Assembly: GCF_009914755.1 (NCBI RefSeq) | Contig: NC_060945.1 | Source: the human T2T-CHM13v2.0 reference genome, Homo sapiens | Strand: one strand, 5' to 3' | Length of the DNA stretch: 64,000 bases | Shown here: in pieces, positions 29,586 to 56,682 of the stretch | Layout of the letters: each line of letters opens with the position of its first letter | Position numbering within the stretch: the first letter of the stretch is position 1 | Program-made: the position numbers and the translations under genes | The notes under the pieces: generated by a model | Databases searched by the model: none | What the model saw: the letters and a program-made list of their open reading frames with translations, nothing else | Told to the model about the DNA's origin: nothing

Positions 29586-31894
29586 TAGAAAAGGTGCCAA
29601 AAAAGAAACAGTGCCAAGAAGAGGAAGGAGCGATGGAATTGCTGTGGTAGGCCCTTAGACACAAGTGATGGGCAGTGATCTTGTTTCAGGGTGGAACATG
29701 CTGCGTTGAAGATGTGCATTGTATCACTTGGCAGACAGGGAGAGGAGGGAAAGCAATTTGAGCTCAGCAAGCTCGTCCCCACCGTGGACACTGGCTGGGC
29801 TAGAGGAGAGGAGCCTGCAGAGGGCCCATTGGGTCTGGGGTTGGGGAGGTGTCTCTACTGGGTGCACCCCCCATTTCACTTCCTTCCTTCTGCCAGGCTG
29901 GGGGTCCACATACTGTGCTGATTTTCGAGGCCACCCTCAGCATTCCGTTCGGCGATAGGCCGAGATGTCTAAGCGGGCCAGCGCCTCCCCGCCCTGCAGA
30001 GGAGCCTGCGTACACCCAGGAACGCCCGTCACCTCCCCGCCCTGCAGGGGAGCCTGTGTACACCCAGGAGCACCCATCGCCTCGCAGCCTGCTTGGGGGC
30101 TGTCTGGTGCCATCGTCTACGGTGGCATTGGGTTCTTGGGGCACAGCAGGAGGGTCTCAGAGCTCAGAGCCTGTGTCTGCTGGGGCTGCGTCTCTCAAGG
30201 CGCCCATAGCGGTCAGCCCTTCCTGTTGCGGCTTCCATGTGGCCAGGCCGAGTCTCCAACGTCTCATTCAGAGGAGGGATTGGTGCAGCCGCCGCGCTCA
30301 CAATCTTGCCCCTCAATGAGCAGCTTTGGTGAATCATCTCTGAAAAGACTGAATTTTGCTGAATTATTTAAAGCAAGCGCATCCATGAGAAGGAACTGCT
30401 TGCTGGGGCCTCAGGCCTCGCTGTGAGCTGTTCACCAGGAGGGAGCTGGCTGGGCAGGGGGTATGAAGGCCGCAGGTGTGAAGGTAGAGTCATTACCAGG
30501 CAGGGGCAGTGTGACCCAGCTGGGCAGAGAGCGCTGGCCTGTCTCAGAGGTGAGCTCACAGGTCTGGAAATGGTCTGAATAGAAAGGATTGGTCTCCGGA
30601 GGAAAGCATACTCTTCCTATTACCAGAACCCTGTGGGGTTTTTATTGATATTTCACTGGATTACAAATGTTGAAAATGTTGCAAAATGAACATCCTGGTA
30701 ACTCAAGTATTTCATGGACCCTCACAAACCTCTGCGGACGCTGTTGGACTGGACCCCAAACCACAACGGGGCCCTGGTAGAGGAACTGCAGGAAAAGCAG
30801 GTTTCCTATAAGGAAAGACAAGAGGAAGCTCATTCTCCACACCCAGACCACTGGGCGTGGTGTTTGGGGAGCCCTTTGGGGAGCTGTAACGGGGCGTGGA
30901 GACCTTCTCCATTGCGCCCCCGACCAGGGCCGGGCCTGGCTGTGACTCCGGGGCGGGCAGTGATGCCATCTGTCTTCTGCAGAGGAGAACGCTGGGACCC
31001 CCTGGAGCACCTTTCAAGAACGACTCCAAAGCCGGATATTTGCAGTGGGAGGAGAGGAAGGGAGTGCCCGGCTGTGTCTTCTTCATCCCCCTGAACACAG
31101 GAGGGGGCAGCCTGGCTGAAGGCCTGACCCCTGGGGGGAAAGCGCACCTGGTGAAAAACTGTTCTCTGACTGATGTGATGATGAAAACGAATGGCAGGTC
31201 CTTCTCATACCGCAACGTGGAAAGAAGGCCCTGGAAGCGCCACTGCTTGGCTCCAGCGCCCCAGCTCATTCGGAGCAAGCTGTGGCCCACAGGGAGCCCC
31301 TGGAGGATCTGCTGGCTTCCTTAACGAAGCAATGCTCTGAGCGCCAGGGTGGGGACGGGGTCTCCCTCAGCATCTTCAGGAAGGAAACAAGCAGTGCCTT
31401 TCCCTGTGGGCCAAGTTCCAGGCCCTACCCCTCCCTGAAGGGCAAGGGGCATTGGGGGACAAGAGATGGACCTCCTGGGGACACATCCTTTCCCAGGCCA
31501 GCCTGAGCTCCAGAGTTTGATTTTATTAAGGGAGTCAGAAGGGGGCCCGTACAGACAGACCTTCGTGGGACCACTATGGCCCAGACACCATGGCCACAGT
31601 CCACCACCAAGAAGAGGGCAGGATCAGGAGGCACAGGGACTCAAGCCCTCCAGACGCAGCAGTCCCGGCCATCTCCTCACCCTGGTCCCTCACCCCAGCC
31701 CCACAGGATGACCATCACTGGCCACACACAGCTGAGGAGCTAGGACCCCACCTGGGCCAAACCCTGACGGGGGTGGCGGTCACCAGACATCAACATGAGA
31801 GGGAGATGGGGAGAGAGAGAAAGAGGCAGTGGGGAGGAGAGAGAGGATATCTTGGAATTTAATACTATTCAATGTTCAAAAACCAAGCATCAGG

Positions 31895-40912
<9,018 letters not shown>

Positions 40913-40980
40913 TAGCTGGGATTACAGGCACAAGCCACCACACCCGGCTAATTTTTGTATTTTTAGTAGAGGCCGGGTTT

Positions 40981-41382
40981 CCTTCCCGAAGGATGCTAAA
41001 GAAAGACCCATCCTGCAGCTCTGTCCTTACAGAAGGACATCGAGGAATTACCCACTGGGGAGCTCTGTCCTTCCCGAAGGACGCTGAAGAATTAACCTCA
41101 GGTCTTCAAGAGGGAACCCGTCTAACAACCGTCGAGGAACCAAGGCCTCCCAGCAACCACGTGCGTGAGCTTGGCATGCGTCCTCCCTGTTGGGGCCTTC
41201 AGGGGACAGCAGCCCTAGCCCAGCCAACAGCCTGATGCAGCCTCACAAGAGACCCTGAGCCAGGATCTCCCACCACGCAGCTCCCCCGCTCTTGACTCAC
41301 AGAGACTGCGCTGACGACGTTTGCTGGTTTCAGCTTCTCAGTTTTGGAGTAATTTGTAACACAGCAATGGGTAATAAATACA
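40981..41382 (+). mobile_element. MLT1 (E/F-like) LTR fragment with a 44-bp x3 degenerate repeat at its 5' end
   Basis: cagcaaccacgtgcgtgagcttgg...gagaccctgagccag...gttttggagtaatttgtaacacagcaatgggtaataaataca. Confidence 0.75.
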
Positions 41383-41747
41383 GAGGGAGGAGAGAACACA
41401 GACCTGTGGAATTACCGTACACACTTTCTGAGGGTCCCTAAGCATCAGAGATATAAATCAAAGGCCTACCGTCCACTTTCACCCAATATGAAATTGCAGT
41501 AAAAAGTGGTATAAAGAGATAAAATGCACACATCTGCCACAGGGGTTCCGAGGACAAGCTGGTGGCCAGGGGAACCGGGGAGGGAGCCTGTGTTCCTAGC
41601 TCAGGAGTGTTTTTCGAGCACACATCTCTGAACTGGATTCTGAAACATGGTGGGATGTTGAGATGCAGATGGAAAGTCTTTCCAAATGCCAAGGTCACCA
41701 CAAGCCAAGGCCAACCAAGGATCAGATTGGGTATATTCTTAAGAATG

Positions 41748-42940
<1,193 letters not shown>

Positions 42941-43827
42941 TTATGTTCTCTCACATTGCACGGCTTGGGCTTCCATCTGGTTCGGTTGTGTGGTCAGGAA
43001 CGTACAAGTCAGTCTCTGCCGCTGTTTTCTTTCCCACCTGCAAGTTGAGAGTGCTGAGACTGCCCTCTTAGCCTTGGGGTATTAAAGAGACCAGACAGGG
43101 AAGGGGCCCAGCGCAGCGCCCAGGACAGAACATGTGCTCGGCACTTAACCGCTGCTGCTACCAGCGGGATCGTCCTTGAGAGCGGTAGAATCCAATTTAG
43201 GGACAGGATTAGACAGAGTGTGGGCTTTGACTTGCACCCTCTACAAGAGTGTGGGGAGGGGACAGAGGCCAGATGGCCCCAGGCAGGGACGATGTGGCAG
43301 CATTGCTGTGTCCCCGTGGCCTGGTCCTGCATTTGCCGCCCGCGTCCTCTCTGCCTGAATCCTGTTCCTAGTGCCTGGTCGTCCCTCAGAGCTCTGCTGC
43401 GTTCCACCTGTTCACCAGACATCCTGGGCTCCAGTTTCCATCTGCCCTTGTGCTGCTCTGTCATGGCATTTTGTATCCTTTTATGATAGTCTTGACGACT
43501 GTGCACGTACCCGACAGGGCTCGGCCCTCTGGGGGGGTAGACGGACGCCACACTGAATCCATCTCTTGCCCGAGATGGTAGGATCCTGTCTAAAGCTGAT
43601 GAGGAGGTTGGGGGTGGGAAGAACATGGCTGGAAGAGCGTCCGGAGCCCACCCCTGTTATGGAGCGATAGAAGCCCCCCCTTTCTGTGGCCCCCACCCCA
43701 CCTTTATCCTCTCTAATGCAAAACTGTAAAGCAGTTAGGGTAATTTAGTCCAGCAGGTTCTGAAGTCTCACCCAGTTAGATGCTCCCTACAGTGTATTCC
43801 GTAAAATCACAATTCTCAGGGCCATGA

Positions 43828-44226
<399 letters not shown>

Positions 44227-44382
44227 TGAAATACATCCATTCATCTCAGCTGTAAAATAGCGGAATATTTCTTTATTCCTGGGAACATAAGGTATTAGTT
44301 GTATCTTCATCAGCAATTTTGGAAGGAGGGCATGTTGAGGCCTCTGTCAGTGTGAGCTGGCAGAGACAGGGCAATTAGTTGA

Positions 44383-44740
44383 TGTAGCAGTTACCTATGG
44401 CTGTGTAACAAACCACCCCAAAACCGAATGGCTTAGAGGAACCATTATTTAGCTCATGATTCTATGGGCTACAGGTGTGAGGCACGGCACCTCGCCCTGC
44501 ATTCTAGCGGGATCAGCTGGGCTCCGCTAGGCAGTTCTTCCTCTGGTTTTGTCTGAAGTCAGCTGGAGGCCGGTGGCCTCACTCTCGTGCCCGGTGGCTG
44601 GCTGGCAGTCACCTGGTCACAGGGTAGGCTGTGCCTCTCGTCACCCAGCAGGTTAGCCTAGGCTTGTTCACAGGGCGGGATAACAGGGTTTCCAGGACTA
44701 GCAAGAAAACAAGCCCCAATATGCAAGTGCTTTTAAAGCT
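44383..44740 (-). mobile_element. Old MLT1 LTR
   Basis: gctgtgtaacaaaccaccccaaaac..atggcttaga...attatttagctcatgattctatggg. Confidence 0.65.
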
Positions 44741-44756
44741 ACTTCTTTCTTTTTAA

Positions 44757-45410
<654 letters not shown>

Positions 45411-46033
45411 GTAGGAGGAGCTGAAGATTATTGGGGCTATTAGTGCAATGGACCATAGCTGGGAAATGGCAGGGCCGGGGGGCTGTGGAGCTGACATCTG
45501 AGTGTGGGGTGCAGTTATCTGGAAGGCTGCTTTTGAGGAAAGGTGTTAGGAGTGCCCCCACTAGGACACCTGATGGGGACGAGACCACAGGAGGATGGCA
45601 GGAACACGGCTGCAGGAGCTTCAGCCAAGGAGGGAACAGGAACTCCAGCAGGCGCTGGAGCCCTGTGCCCTGTCCAGCATCCTGGAACAGGCGTAGCAAG
45701 GAAGGAAGGGTGTGGCAGGGGTTGAGGTGCCGCCCAGCGCACCAGGGTTTGGAAGGGCACGCCCGCCTGTTTGGGAGCAGACACTTCAGAGGCACTCAAT
45801 AAACACTAGTCCCTGTTTTATTGACTAATGATAGTCAATGTGAAAGGAAAATAAGCCTTGGGACCCCAAAATTACTAAGTTATTTATACTGAAGGGAAAA
45901 ATCAAGCAGGGAACTGCTTAGGGCCAACCTGCCTCCCATTCTATTCAAAGTCATCCCTCCGCTCACTGAGATAAATGCATATCTGATTGCTTCCTTTGGA
46001 AGGCTGATCAGAAACTCAAAAGAATGCAACCAT

Positions 46034-46334
46034 TGGCTGGCGCGGTGGCTCACGCCTGTAATCCCAGCACTTTGGGAGGCCGAGGCAGGCGGATCACTTG
46101 AGGTCAGGAGTTCGAGACCAGCCTGGCCAACATGGTGAAACCCCATCTCTACTAAAAATACAAAAATTAGTCGGGTGTGATGGCTCACACCTGTAATCCC
46201 AGCTACTCAGGAGGCTGAGGCAGGAGAATCACTTGAACCCAGGAGGCAGAAGTTGCAGTAAGCTGAGACCACACCACTGTACTCCACCCTGGGTAACAGA
46301 GGGAGACTGCCTCAAAAAATAAATAAATAAATAA
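46034..46334 (+). mobile_element. AluSx-like inside MER4A
   Basis: TSD AGAATGCAACCATTGG on both sides. Confidence 0.95.
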
Positions 46335-46427
46335 CCAGAATGCAACCATTGGTCTCTTATCTACTATGACCTGGAAGACTCTTCCCCACTTCAAGTTGCC
46401 CTCTTTCCAGACCAAACCAATGTCCTC

Positions 46428-46834
46428 TGTATTAGTCCATTTTCACATTGCTATGAAGACATCATACCCAAGACTGGGTCATTTAGAAAGAAAAGAGATT
46501 TAATTGACTCATAGTTTTGCAGCGCTGGGGAGCTCTCAGGAAACTTACAAATTGTGGTAGAAGGGGAAGTGGCATGTCTTACATGGTGGCAGGCGAGAGA
46601 GTGGTGAGTGAAGGGGGAAAAGCCCTTGATAAAACTATCAGATCTCATGAGAACCCCCCTCACTATCACAAGGACAGCAGGGTGGAACCCCGGGACCCAG
46701 TCACCTCCCACCAGGTCTCGACCTAAACGTGTGGGGATGTGGGGATTGCCATTCAAGATGAGATTTGGGTGGGGACACAAAGCCAAACCATTCGAGATGA
46801 GATTTGGGTGGGGACACAAAGCTCAACCCTATCA
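46428..46834 (-). mobile_element. THE1 (C/D-like) solo LTR with a 39-bp terminal duplication
   Basis: tgtattagtccattttcacattgctat...tcaggaaacttacaa...attcaagatgagatttgggtggggacaca. Confidence 0.88.
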
Positions 46835-47558
46835 ACATCTTACATATATTGATCGATGTCTCGTGCCTCCCTAAAATGTATAAAACCAAGCTGTGTGCTG
46901 AGCACCTTGGGCAGAGGTCGCCAGGCCCTCCTGAGGCTGTGTCACAGATGTGCACCTTTAACTTTGGAAAAAATAAACTTCCTAAATTGAGACTTGTCTC
47001 AGATATTTGGGGTTCATATCATAGACCAGGGCAAATGCCTAGTCATGAGCCTGGGTACATGGAAAGAGATGGGGACAGGCCACTCATGAGCAAAGCCAGC
47101 TGGGGCCCCACAAGCATGGGAAGGGAGTGAGGCCCCACCTCATGAGCAGACTCTGCACTCACCCATCCAGGGGGGCTGTTGGAGGTGCAGGCAGTTGGTA
47201 TTGGCAGCCGGGCCACAGGGGAATCGTGCACATCTGAACTGAACCCTCCTCCTCAGGACAGACATTTTTAAATTTCACTTAAACCACGACCTCTTCATTA
47301 TATAGGTTATAAAATAAACTGTTGCCGGGTTTGCTGTGAAATGGCTTGCCTCTCAGCAGGCTGCCTGCTGTGTGTATTAATCAGAGTTCAATTACAGACC
47401 GTCTGGTGTTTGTGCGTGTCCCAGCTGGGCTGGTGCATGCTGTGACAATTGTCCACGCCTGGGGATCTGTCTACTGAATCCCCAAGGAGAAAGCTTCCTT
47501 CGTGGATGGCAGGACCGTTTCCACGCACACAGCCCTGGTCGGGGGAGCTGGAGTTTGC

Positions 47559-48089
47559 CTAGGTCCCTCCGTAGTCACAGTGATAGGTGCCCAGGCCCCT
47601 CCGCAGTCACAGTGATAGGTGCCAGGTCCCTCCGCAGTCACAGTGATAGGTGCCCAGTTCCCTCCGCAGTCACAGTGATAGGTGCCAGGTCCCTCAGTCA
47701 CAGTGATAGGTGCCAGGTCCCTCTGCAGTCACAGTGATGGGTGCCAGGCCCCTCCGCAGTCACCGTGATAGGTGCCCAGTTCCCACCTCAGTCACAGTGA
47801 TAGGTGCCCAGGCCCCTCCGTGGTCAGAGTGACAGGTGCTAGGTCCCTCTGCAGTCACAGTGATAGGTGCTAGGTCCCTCCGCAGTCACAGTGATAGGTG
47901 CTAGGTCCCTCCGCAGTCACAGTGATAGGTGCCCAGGCCCTTCCGCAGTCACAGTGATAGGTGCTAGGTCCCTCCGCAGTCACAGTGATAGGTGCTAGGT
48001 CCCTCCGCAGTCACAGTGATAGGTGCCCAGTTCCCTCCGCAGTCACAGTGATGGGTGCCAGGTCCCTCCGCAGTCACAGTGACAGGTGC
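47559..48089. repeat. Minisatellite/VNTR, about 31-bp unit x17 (AGGTCCCTCCGCAGTCACAGTGATAGGTGC)
   Basis: 17 units counted directly; abuts a MIR-like segment at about 48085-48130. Confidence 0.97.
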
Positions 48090-48454
48090 TTCATATTTGT
48101 ATCTCATTTTATCCTCATGACAACTCTGCTGTCAATTCTGATTCTGAGGTCAAACAAGGCTGGGAAGCTGGGTGACCTGGCAGGGACCTGGCCATTGCAG
48201 GGAGGGGGCTGCGGACGGAGCCAGAGGCTTCCAAAGAGACGGGAAAGCATCCAGTTTGCAGACCAGGAATCAGTACATCTGGAACCGTGAGGCAAGGAGG
48301 AGCTTCGAGATCATCCAGGGGGACCTCCTACCTGCCGGGGACTTCCACTCCTATTCCCTCCCAAGCAGCTCTCTGCTCACAGTCTCTGTGTAAGCAACGG
48401 TCCCTGACAGCTTCAACTTGGGGAGGGCAGGGGAAGGATGAGCTGCCTCTCCTA

Positions 48455-49070
<616 letters not shown>

Positions 49071-49683
49071 TGCCCCTCCTATTTTGTTCCAATTATTTAC
49101 GAGGGGTTGAGCAAAGAAGCTCTCCAGCTAAAGGGACTGAGCTTTTACTCCCTGCAGCTGTGTGACCTCAGGCAAGTTAGTCTCGGAAGGTGCTTCTGCT
49201 ACACAGGTATAGCATGCCATGAACGGGGGCTTTGTCATGACGACCACGATGGTGATGATGGTGCTTTGCCCTGATTCTGATTGGCTGGGTTGGTGAAGGG
49301 CTGGGGTGCTTCCTCCTGAAGGTGATCCTATGAACCGCCCCAGAGAAACACTCCTGCATCTCACAGCGTTCTCCCTCGTGCTCTTGTCTTCTCTTTCCTA
49401 CCAGATTCCAAATTCTCTTCCCAAGAGGTGGCATGAACCTGTGAGTCCCAGCTGCAACCAACAGAGAAGCAAGCGAGCCGTGAACCTCATCGATCCGGCC
49501 AGTCAGCACCTCCGTCTCTCCACGCAGGCCAGGTGGCTCCAGATGCGGGACTTGCTCCTGGCAGCTTGGCAGCTTTGCAGCTTTGCATCTGTAAGGCGTA
49601 TATTACCGTAGAGTGCTTTTCAGCGTTACATAAGTCATTCGTATGTATTGCAGAAAGACAGCGAGGAAAAGAGAGACTGCACT

Positions 49684-50070
49684 TGTTATGGGCTGAGTGT
49701 TCAGGTGGGCGTGCCTCCCCCGGATTCACCTGTCAAAGCCCCAACCCCCAGCACTGCAGAAGGGGACTGCGTTGGAGATGAGGTCCTCACAGAGGTGATT
49801 AGGGTAAAATGAGGTCGCTAGGGTGGGCCCTGATTGGACCGGTGTCCTTGTAAGAAGAGCAGATGAGGACAGACACACACACAGAGGGACAGCCCTGTGG
49901 GGATACACGGAGGAGTCGGCGTCTGCATGCCAAGGAGAGGCCTCAGAGGAACCAGCCCTGCTGACACCTTGATCTTGGATGTTCAGCCCCCAGGATGTCA
50001 GAGGATGCGTGTCTGTGGCCGAGGCCCTGCAGCCTGTGTGCTGTGCACAGCAGCCCGGGAAGCAAATCCA
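49684..50070 (+). mobile_element. MLT1A-like solo LTR
   Basis: tgttatgggctgagtg...gtaaaatgaggtc..agggtgggccct...ggagaggcctcagaggaaccagccctgctgacaccttgatcttgga. Confidence 0.85.
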
Positions 50071-51032
50071 GCACATCAACAAGGCTGAGAAAACACTTGT
50101 CTTTGCGGCCCCTACTGCCGGAGGCCACCACACGAGCAAGGGGCTGCAGTCTCCCTGCTGTCAGAAGTTTGCTCTGTGTTCTGGCAGACAGCACCCCCAT
50201 CGTGGAGCTTCCGGGAGACGGGTGCTGCTCAGGCTGGGTGCACAGAAGGGCCAAGGCAGGGTAGGGCTCCTGTATCAGGGCCCGGGTGGGGTTGCCGGGT
50301 ACAGCCCTGTCAGGGAAAGGCCCCCGAGGAGGTGGATTTGTAAAGGACAGACTCAGGGACAGAATTTCAGAGAAACTCGTCAGTGGCTTTCCCCTAGTGC
50401 AAATTCACCTGATACTCGCGGAGACCTATGAGACCAGCTGGTCAGCGCCCACCACCGCTTTTGACCACGCAGGAAGCAGACGCTCTGAACAAGACAATGT
50501 GCCCCCAACAGAACCCCCACACCGCTGACACGCACACAGACTCCTCCAGCATAGCCACCCCTCCCCACGAGGCGCACAGACTCCTCCAGCATGGCCACCC
50601 CTCCCCATGGAGCCGTGTCCGGAGGCAGAGGGGGCTTGTGGTGGCAGAGAACACGTGCCTCCCGCCCCTCACTGCACCGCGCTCAGGGGGCACCAGGGAC
50701 TGAGCCCTTCCAGCTCCGGCAAAACAGAGGAACAAAAACACACTGATTTTATGAGACCAAGTTCAGTCTGTGGCCTGTCCCGACACTAAAGGATGGGCTT
50801 ATTTTTTAGTGTAATGACAGGACCAGGGACGTTAGGAAATTAACCAGATGAGAACTGAAACTGAGGGAGAGGCCCTGAAGTACCTCCTCTAGTGTTTCCA
50901 AGAAGTGACACTAGGCTTGTGTTTAGCGGCCTGTGTGGTGCCTTCCCAGGCAGGAGGGGTGTGGTCTGAGTGCCCTTATCTAACGCTCACTTGTCTCCCA
51001 GAACGAACTCTTCTGTTGCTTGAGTTTCAAAA

Positions 51033-51325
51033 TTTTTTTTTTTTTTTTTGACAGAGTCTCGCGCTGTCACCCAGGCTGCAGTGCAGTGGTGCAATCTCAT
51101 CTCATTGCAACCTCTACCTCCTGGTTTCAAGTGATTCTCCCACTTCAGCCTCCTGAGTAGCTGGGATTTCAAGCACCCACCACCACGCCCGGCTAATTTT
51201 TGTATTTTTGTAGAGATGGGGTTTCACCATGTTGGCCAGGCTGGTCTTGAACTCCTGACCTCAAATGATCTACCCGCCTCAGCTGGGATTACTGAGATTA
51301 CAGGCGTGAGCCACTGTGCCCAGCC
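51033..51325 (-). mobile_element. AluS adjacent to the MYL6 pseudogene tail
   Basis: Antisense dimer. Confidence 0.92.
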
Positions 51326-51331
51326 TTGAAA

Positions 51332-52356
<1,025 letters not shown>

Positions 52357-52598
52357 GGCTCAGTGAAATATTTTATAATCATGATCTATGTCTATGCCTA
52401 AATCGCCCTGCCTAAGACACTGAATAGCCTGAGAAAACTCCCTTTCGTGCTAACTCACTGGGCTTTTTTCTGGAAGACTTCCTTGGCCCCGCCGGCATCA
52501 GTACTTGAGCCGCTCCTTTCCCTATTTTTCGGGAATTAGGTGATATATTGGATCTGTGAGCCGTTGGGTTCTCCTGCACGCATTTAAAATACCAAATT

Positions 52599-54140
<1,542 letters not shown>

Positions 54141-55252
54141 TAGAAAACGTAGGTATGTTTTGTTTGTTTGTTTTTTGCCCCAGAGTACAATTTGAAAAAA
54201 TATTTGTGTAAAAGAGAAAAACTAAAGTTTTTGCTTGCTCGTGTGCACATGGCGTGTGTCCTGGTGTGCAGGCGTCTGGGAGGAAGAGGCCTTCCTTTGA
54301 GAGATGGCGTTTCCCTGTGTTTTCTGAGGGGGAAGTGCATGGCTAAGGAGTTGAAGTGGGTCTGTCCCCTTCCCTGTGGCAGGAGCCTGCTTGGGACAGT
54401 GGCTCCTGCCTTCATGAGGAGGCTTTAGTGAATTTAAGGGACCCGTGGATGTGTCTTCAGTTCGGAAACAGGGGCACAGGTGCCTGCCCTTGCCTGCAGA
54501 GTAGGGTGTGGGCCCCGGGAGGTGCTCTGGTCCAAGCCGCATTTCTAAGCAAGCGGGAGGCTGAGGTCTTCTTTGCGGGCCCCTGAGTCACACAGGCCTC
54601 CAGGCGGTGGACATTCAGTGGGGTTTGGGTCCTTTGCAGGTCCCTGGGTCACACAGGCCTCCAGGCGGTGGACACTCAGTGGGGTTTAGGTGCACGGGGC
54701 ATGCGGGGTGTCGTAACCTCTGCGAAAGACTCCAGAGGGGAGTGGGACTGGCAGGTGAGCCTCAGACCCAGGCCCCGAGCAAAGGCTGGTGGCCAGGAGC
54801 ATGGGGCCACACACCCCGCCTGCTCGGACTGGCTGGGGTGCCTGAAGAGGGCAGCCTCGGCCTGCACCCCAGCAGCCTCCACTTGGTCTCTCTCTGTCTC
54901 TGCTCCTCCCTCAGCCAGGACCTTGGAGCCCCTCAGACTCTGACACTCGCTGAGAGGGTGCGAAGCGTGGACCACAGCTCCCAGCTCTCACCTGCCCAGG
55001 CCCTGCGCTGGGCTTTGCAGGCCTGCGGTCTTTACCATGTGGTCACTTCACAGTGCGGTTACTGTCGCCCCACTTTGCAGGAGGAGATGGGGTCTGGACT
55101 CACCCAGGGCTGCTACTCTGTGCAGACACTTCCCCACCTGCTGGCGTTGGCCTGCTCTTGTGACCTTGACTTTGACCTCCAGGCTGATGAGGCCAGGCTC
55201 CTCTGGGAGTCGCTCTCTACTCTCTGCTGACCCCTGGGATGGGGGATGGATG

Positions 55253-55798
55253 TGTTACAGGAAACGGGTCCGGATCTAGACACCAAGAGGGGGTTCTTGG
55301 ATCTTGCACAAGAAATATAATTCAGGGTGAGTCCGTAAAGTGAGAGCAGTTTATTAGGAAAATAACGGAATTAAGAATGGCTTACTCCATAGACAGAGCA
55401 GCCCCAGGACTGCTGGTCGCCCATTTTTATGGTTATTCTTGATGATATGCTAAACAAGGGGTGGATTATTCATGCCTCCCTTTTTTAGACCATATAGGGT
55501 AACTTCCTGACGTTGCCATGGCATTTGTAAACTTGTCATGGTGCTGGTGGGAGTGTAGCAGTGAGGACGGTCAGAGGTCACTCTTGTGGCCATCTTGCTT
55601 TTGGTGGGTTTTATCCAGTTTCTTCACTGCAAGCTGTTTTATCAGTAAGGTCTTTATGACCTGTATCTTGTGCCAACCTCCTAGCTCATCCTGTGACTTA
55701 GAATGCCTTACCTGTCTGGGAACGCAGCCCAGTAGGTCTCAGCCTTTTACTCAGCCCCTGTTCAAGACGGAGTCGCTCTGGTTCAAAAGCCTCTGACA
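55253..55798 (-). mobile_element. MER41A complete solo LTR
   Basis: TG...CA termini; 4-bp TSD GATG (55249-55252 / 55799-55802); lacks the GAS segment (TTATTCATGCCTCCCTTTTTTAGACC junction). Confidence 0.9.
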
Positions 55799-56682
55799 GA
55801 TGGCAACAATCTCACCGGACTCAGCGCCTCCAGACTGAACTCAGTTTCTCAAGAATCATTTCCAGGGGTGAGGTCTTAGTGCACCCAGGGTTTCTAATCT
55901 CTTTGCTGTGAAAGATCTTGTTTATAATTTTTGCCTCTGTGGAAGTCTATGTTTAAAAAATAATGTGTCTCCTAGGAAAAAAAGCTTTTGTTTGCATTGT
56001 TTTCCTATTACCTATTAGCCAAAAATAGTTAACGTCCATCCAGTAGAGATTAGTATCCACATGCCGGAGTTCGTGTATTTACAGCAAAGTTATTATCTTT
56101 CGTTTTGGTAAACTTTTACATCTGAGATAAATATAGAGTTGTCTTTGGGCTTTTAAGAATGCCGGAGTTACCCCGAGGGCCCCTGGCTCTCCCGGCATCC
56201 TCTTGGAGATCAGGGAAATCTGGGTGGGAACCTCCTCATTTTACAAAAAAAGAAACTAAGACCAAATGGGTAACGTCGTTGTTTAAGGTCACAGGCTGGC
56301 GCTGAGCCTTGGCTCTCAGCTCCCCTGGCAGTCGCGCGACTCAGCGTCCAGCCCCACCTGCTCCAGGGCCCTCCCTACTGCCAGCCGCTGCCTGTCCTCT
56401 CCCCTGACCTGCCTTGAGCCAGACTGGGCCCCCTGGGCCTTGGGCAGGGCTGGATGGGCAAGTTGTCCAATGAGGCCCCCTCAGAACTGGAAAGCCTCCT
56501 TCTGGGTGTGGAGGTGGGCAGCAATCTGCCATTTGGCCCTGGGGTCATCTCTCTGGCTCAGTTTGCTTATCTGTGAGCCCAGATGTCGGCAAGTTCAGGC
56601 TGAGAATTAGAGCAAATAATGAAGAGGGAGCCCCTTTCCCAGGGCCTGGCTCATATGCACCGTGGACAACAAATACCAAAAA

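Larger units (their letters stand above)
45839..47018 (+). mobile_element. MER4A solo LTR, interrupted by an AluS and a THE1 LTR
   Basis: TGTGAAAGGAAAATAAGCCTTGGGACCCCAAAA start; CCCTAAAATGTATAAAACCAAGCTGTG; ends GGGGTTCATA. Confidence 0.88.

Noticed and set aside
30560-31330. Unique-looking segment with overlapping ORFs (126-192 aa)
   Set aside because: Checked as a possible processed pseudogene; no recognisable parent, polyA tail or TSD
47559-48089. Regular 31-bp periodicity superficially like a CRISPR array
   Set aside because: No unique spacers, no cas genes, primate genome; it is a head-to-tail VNTR
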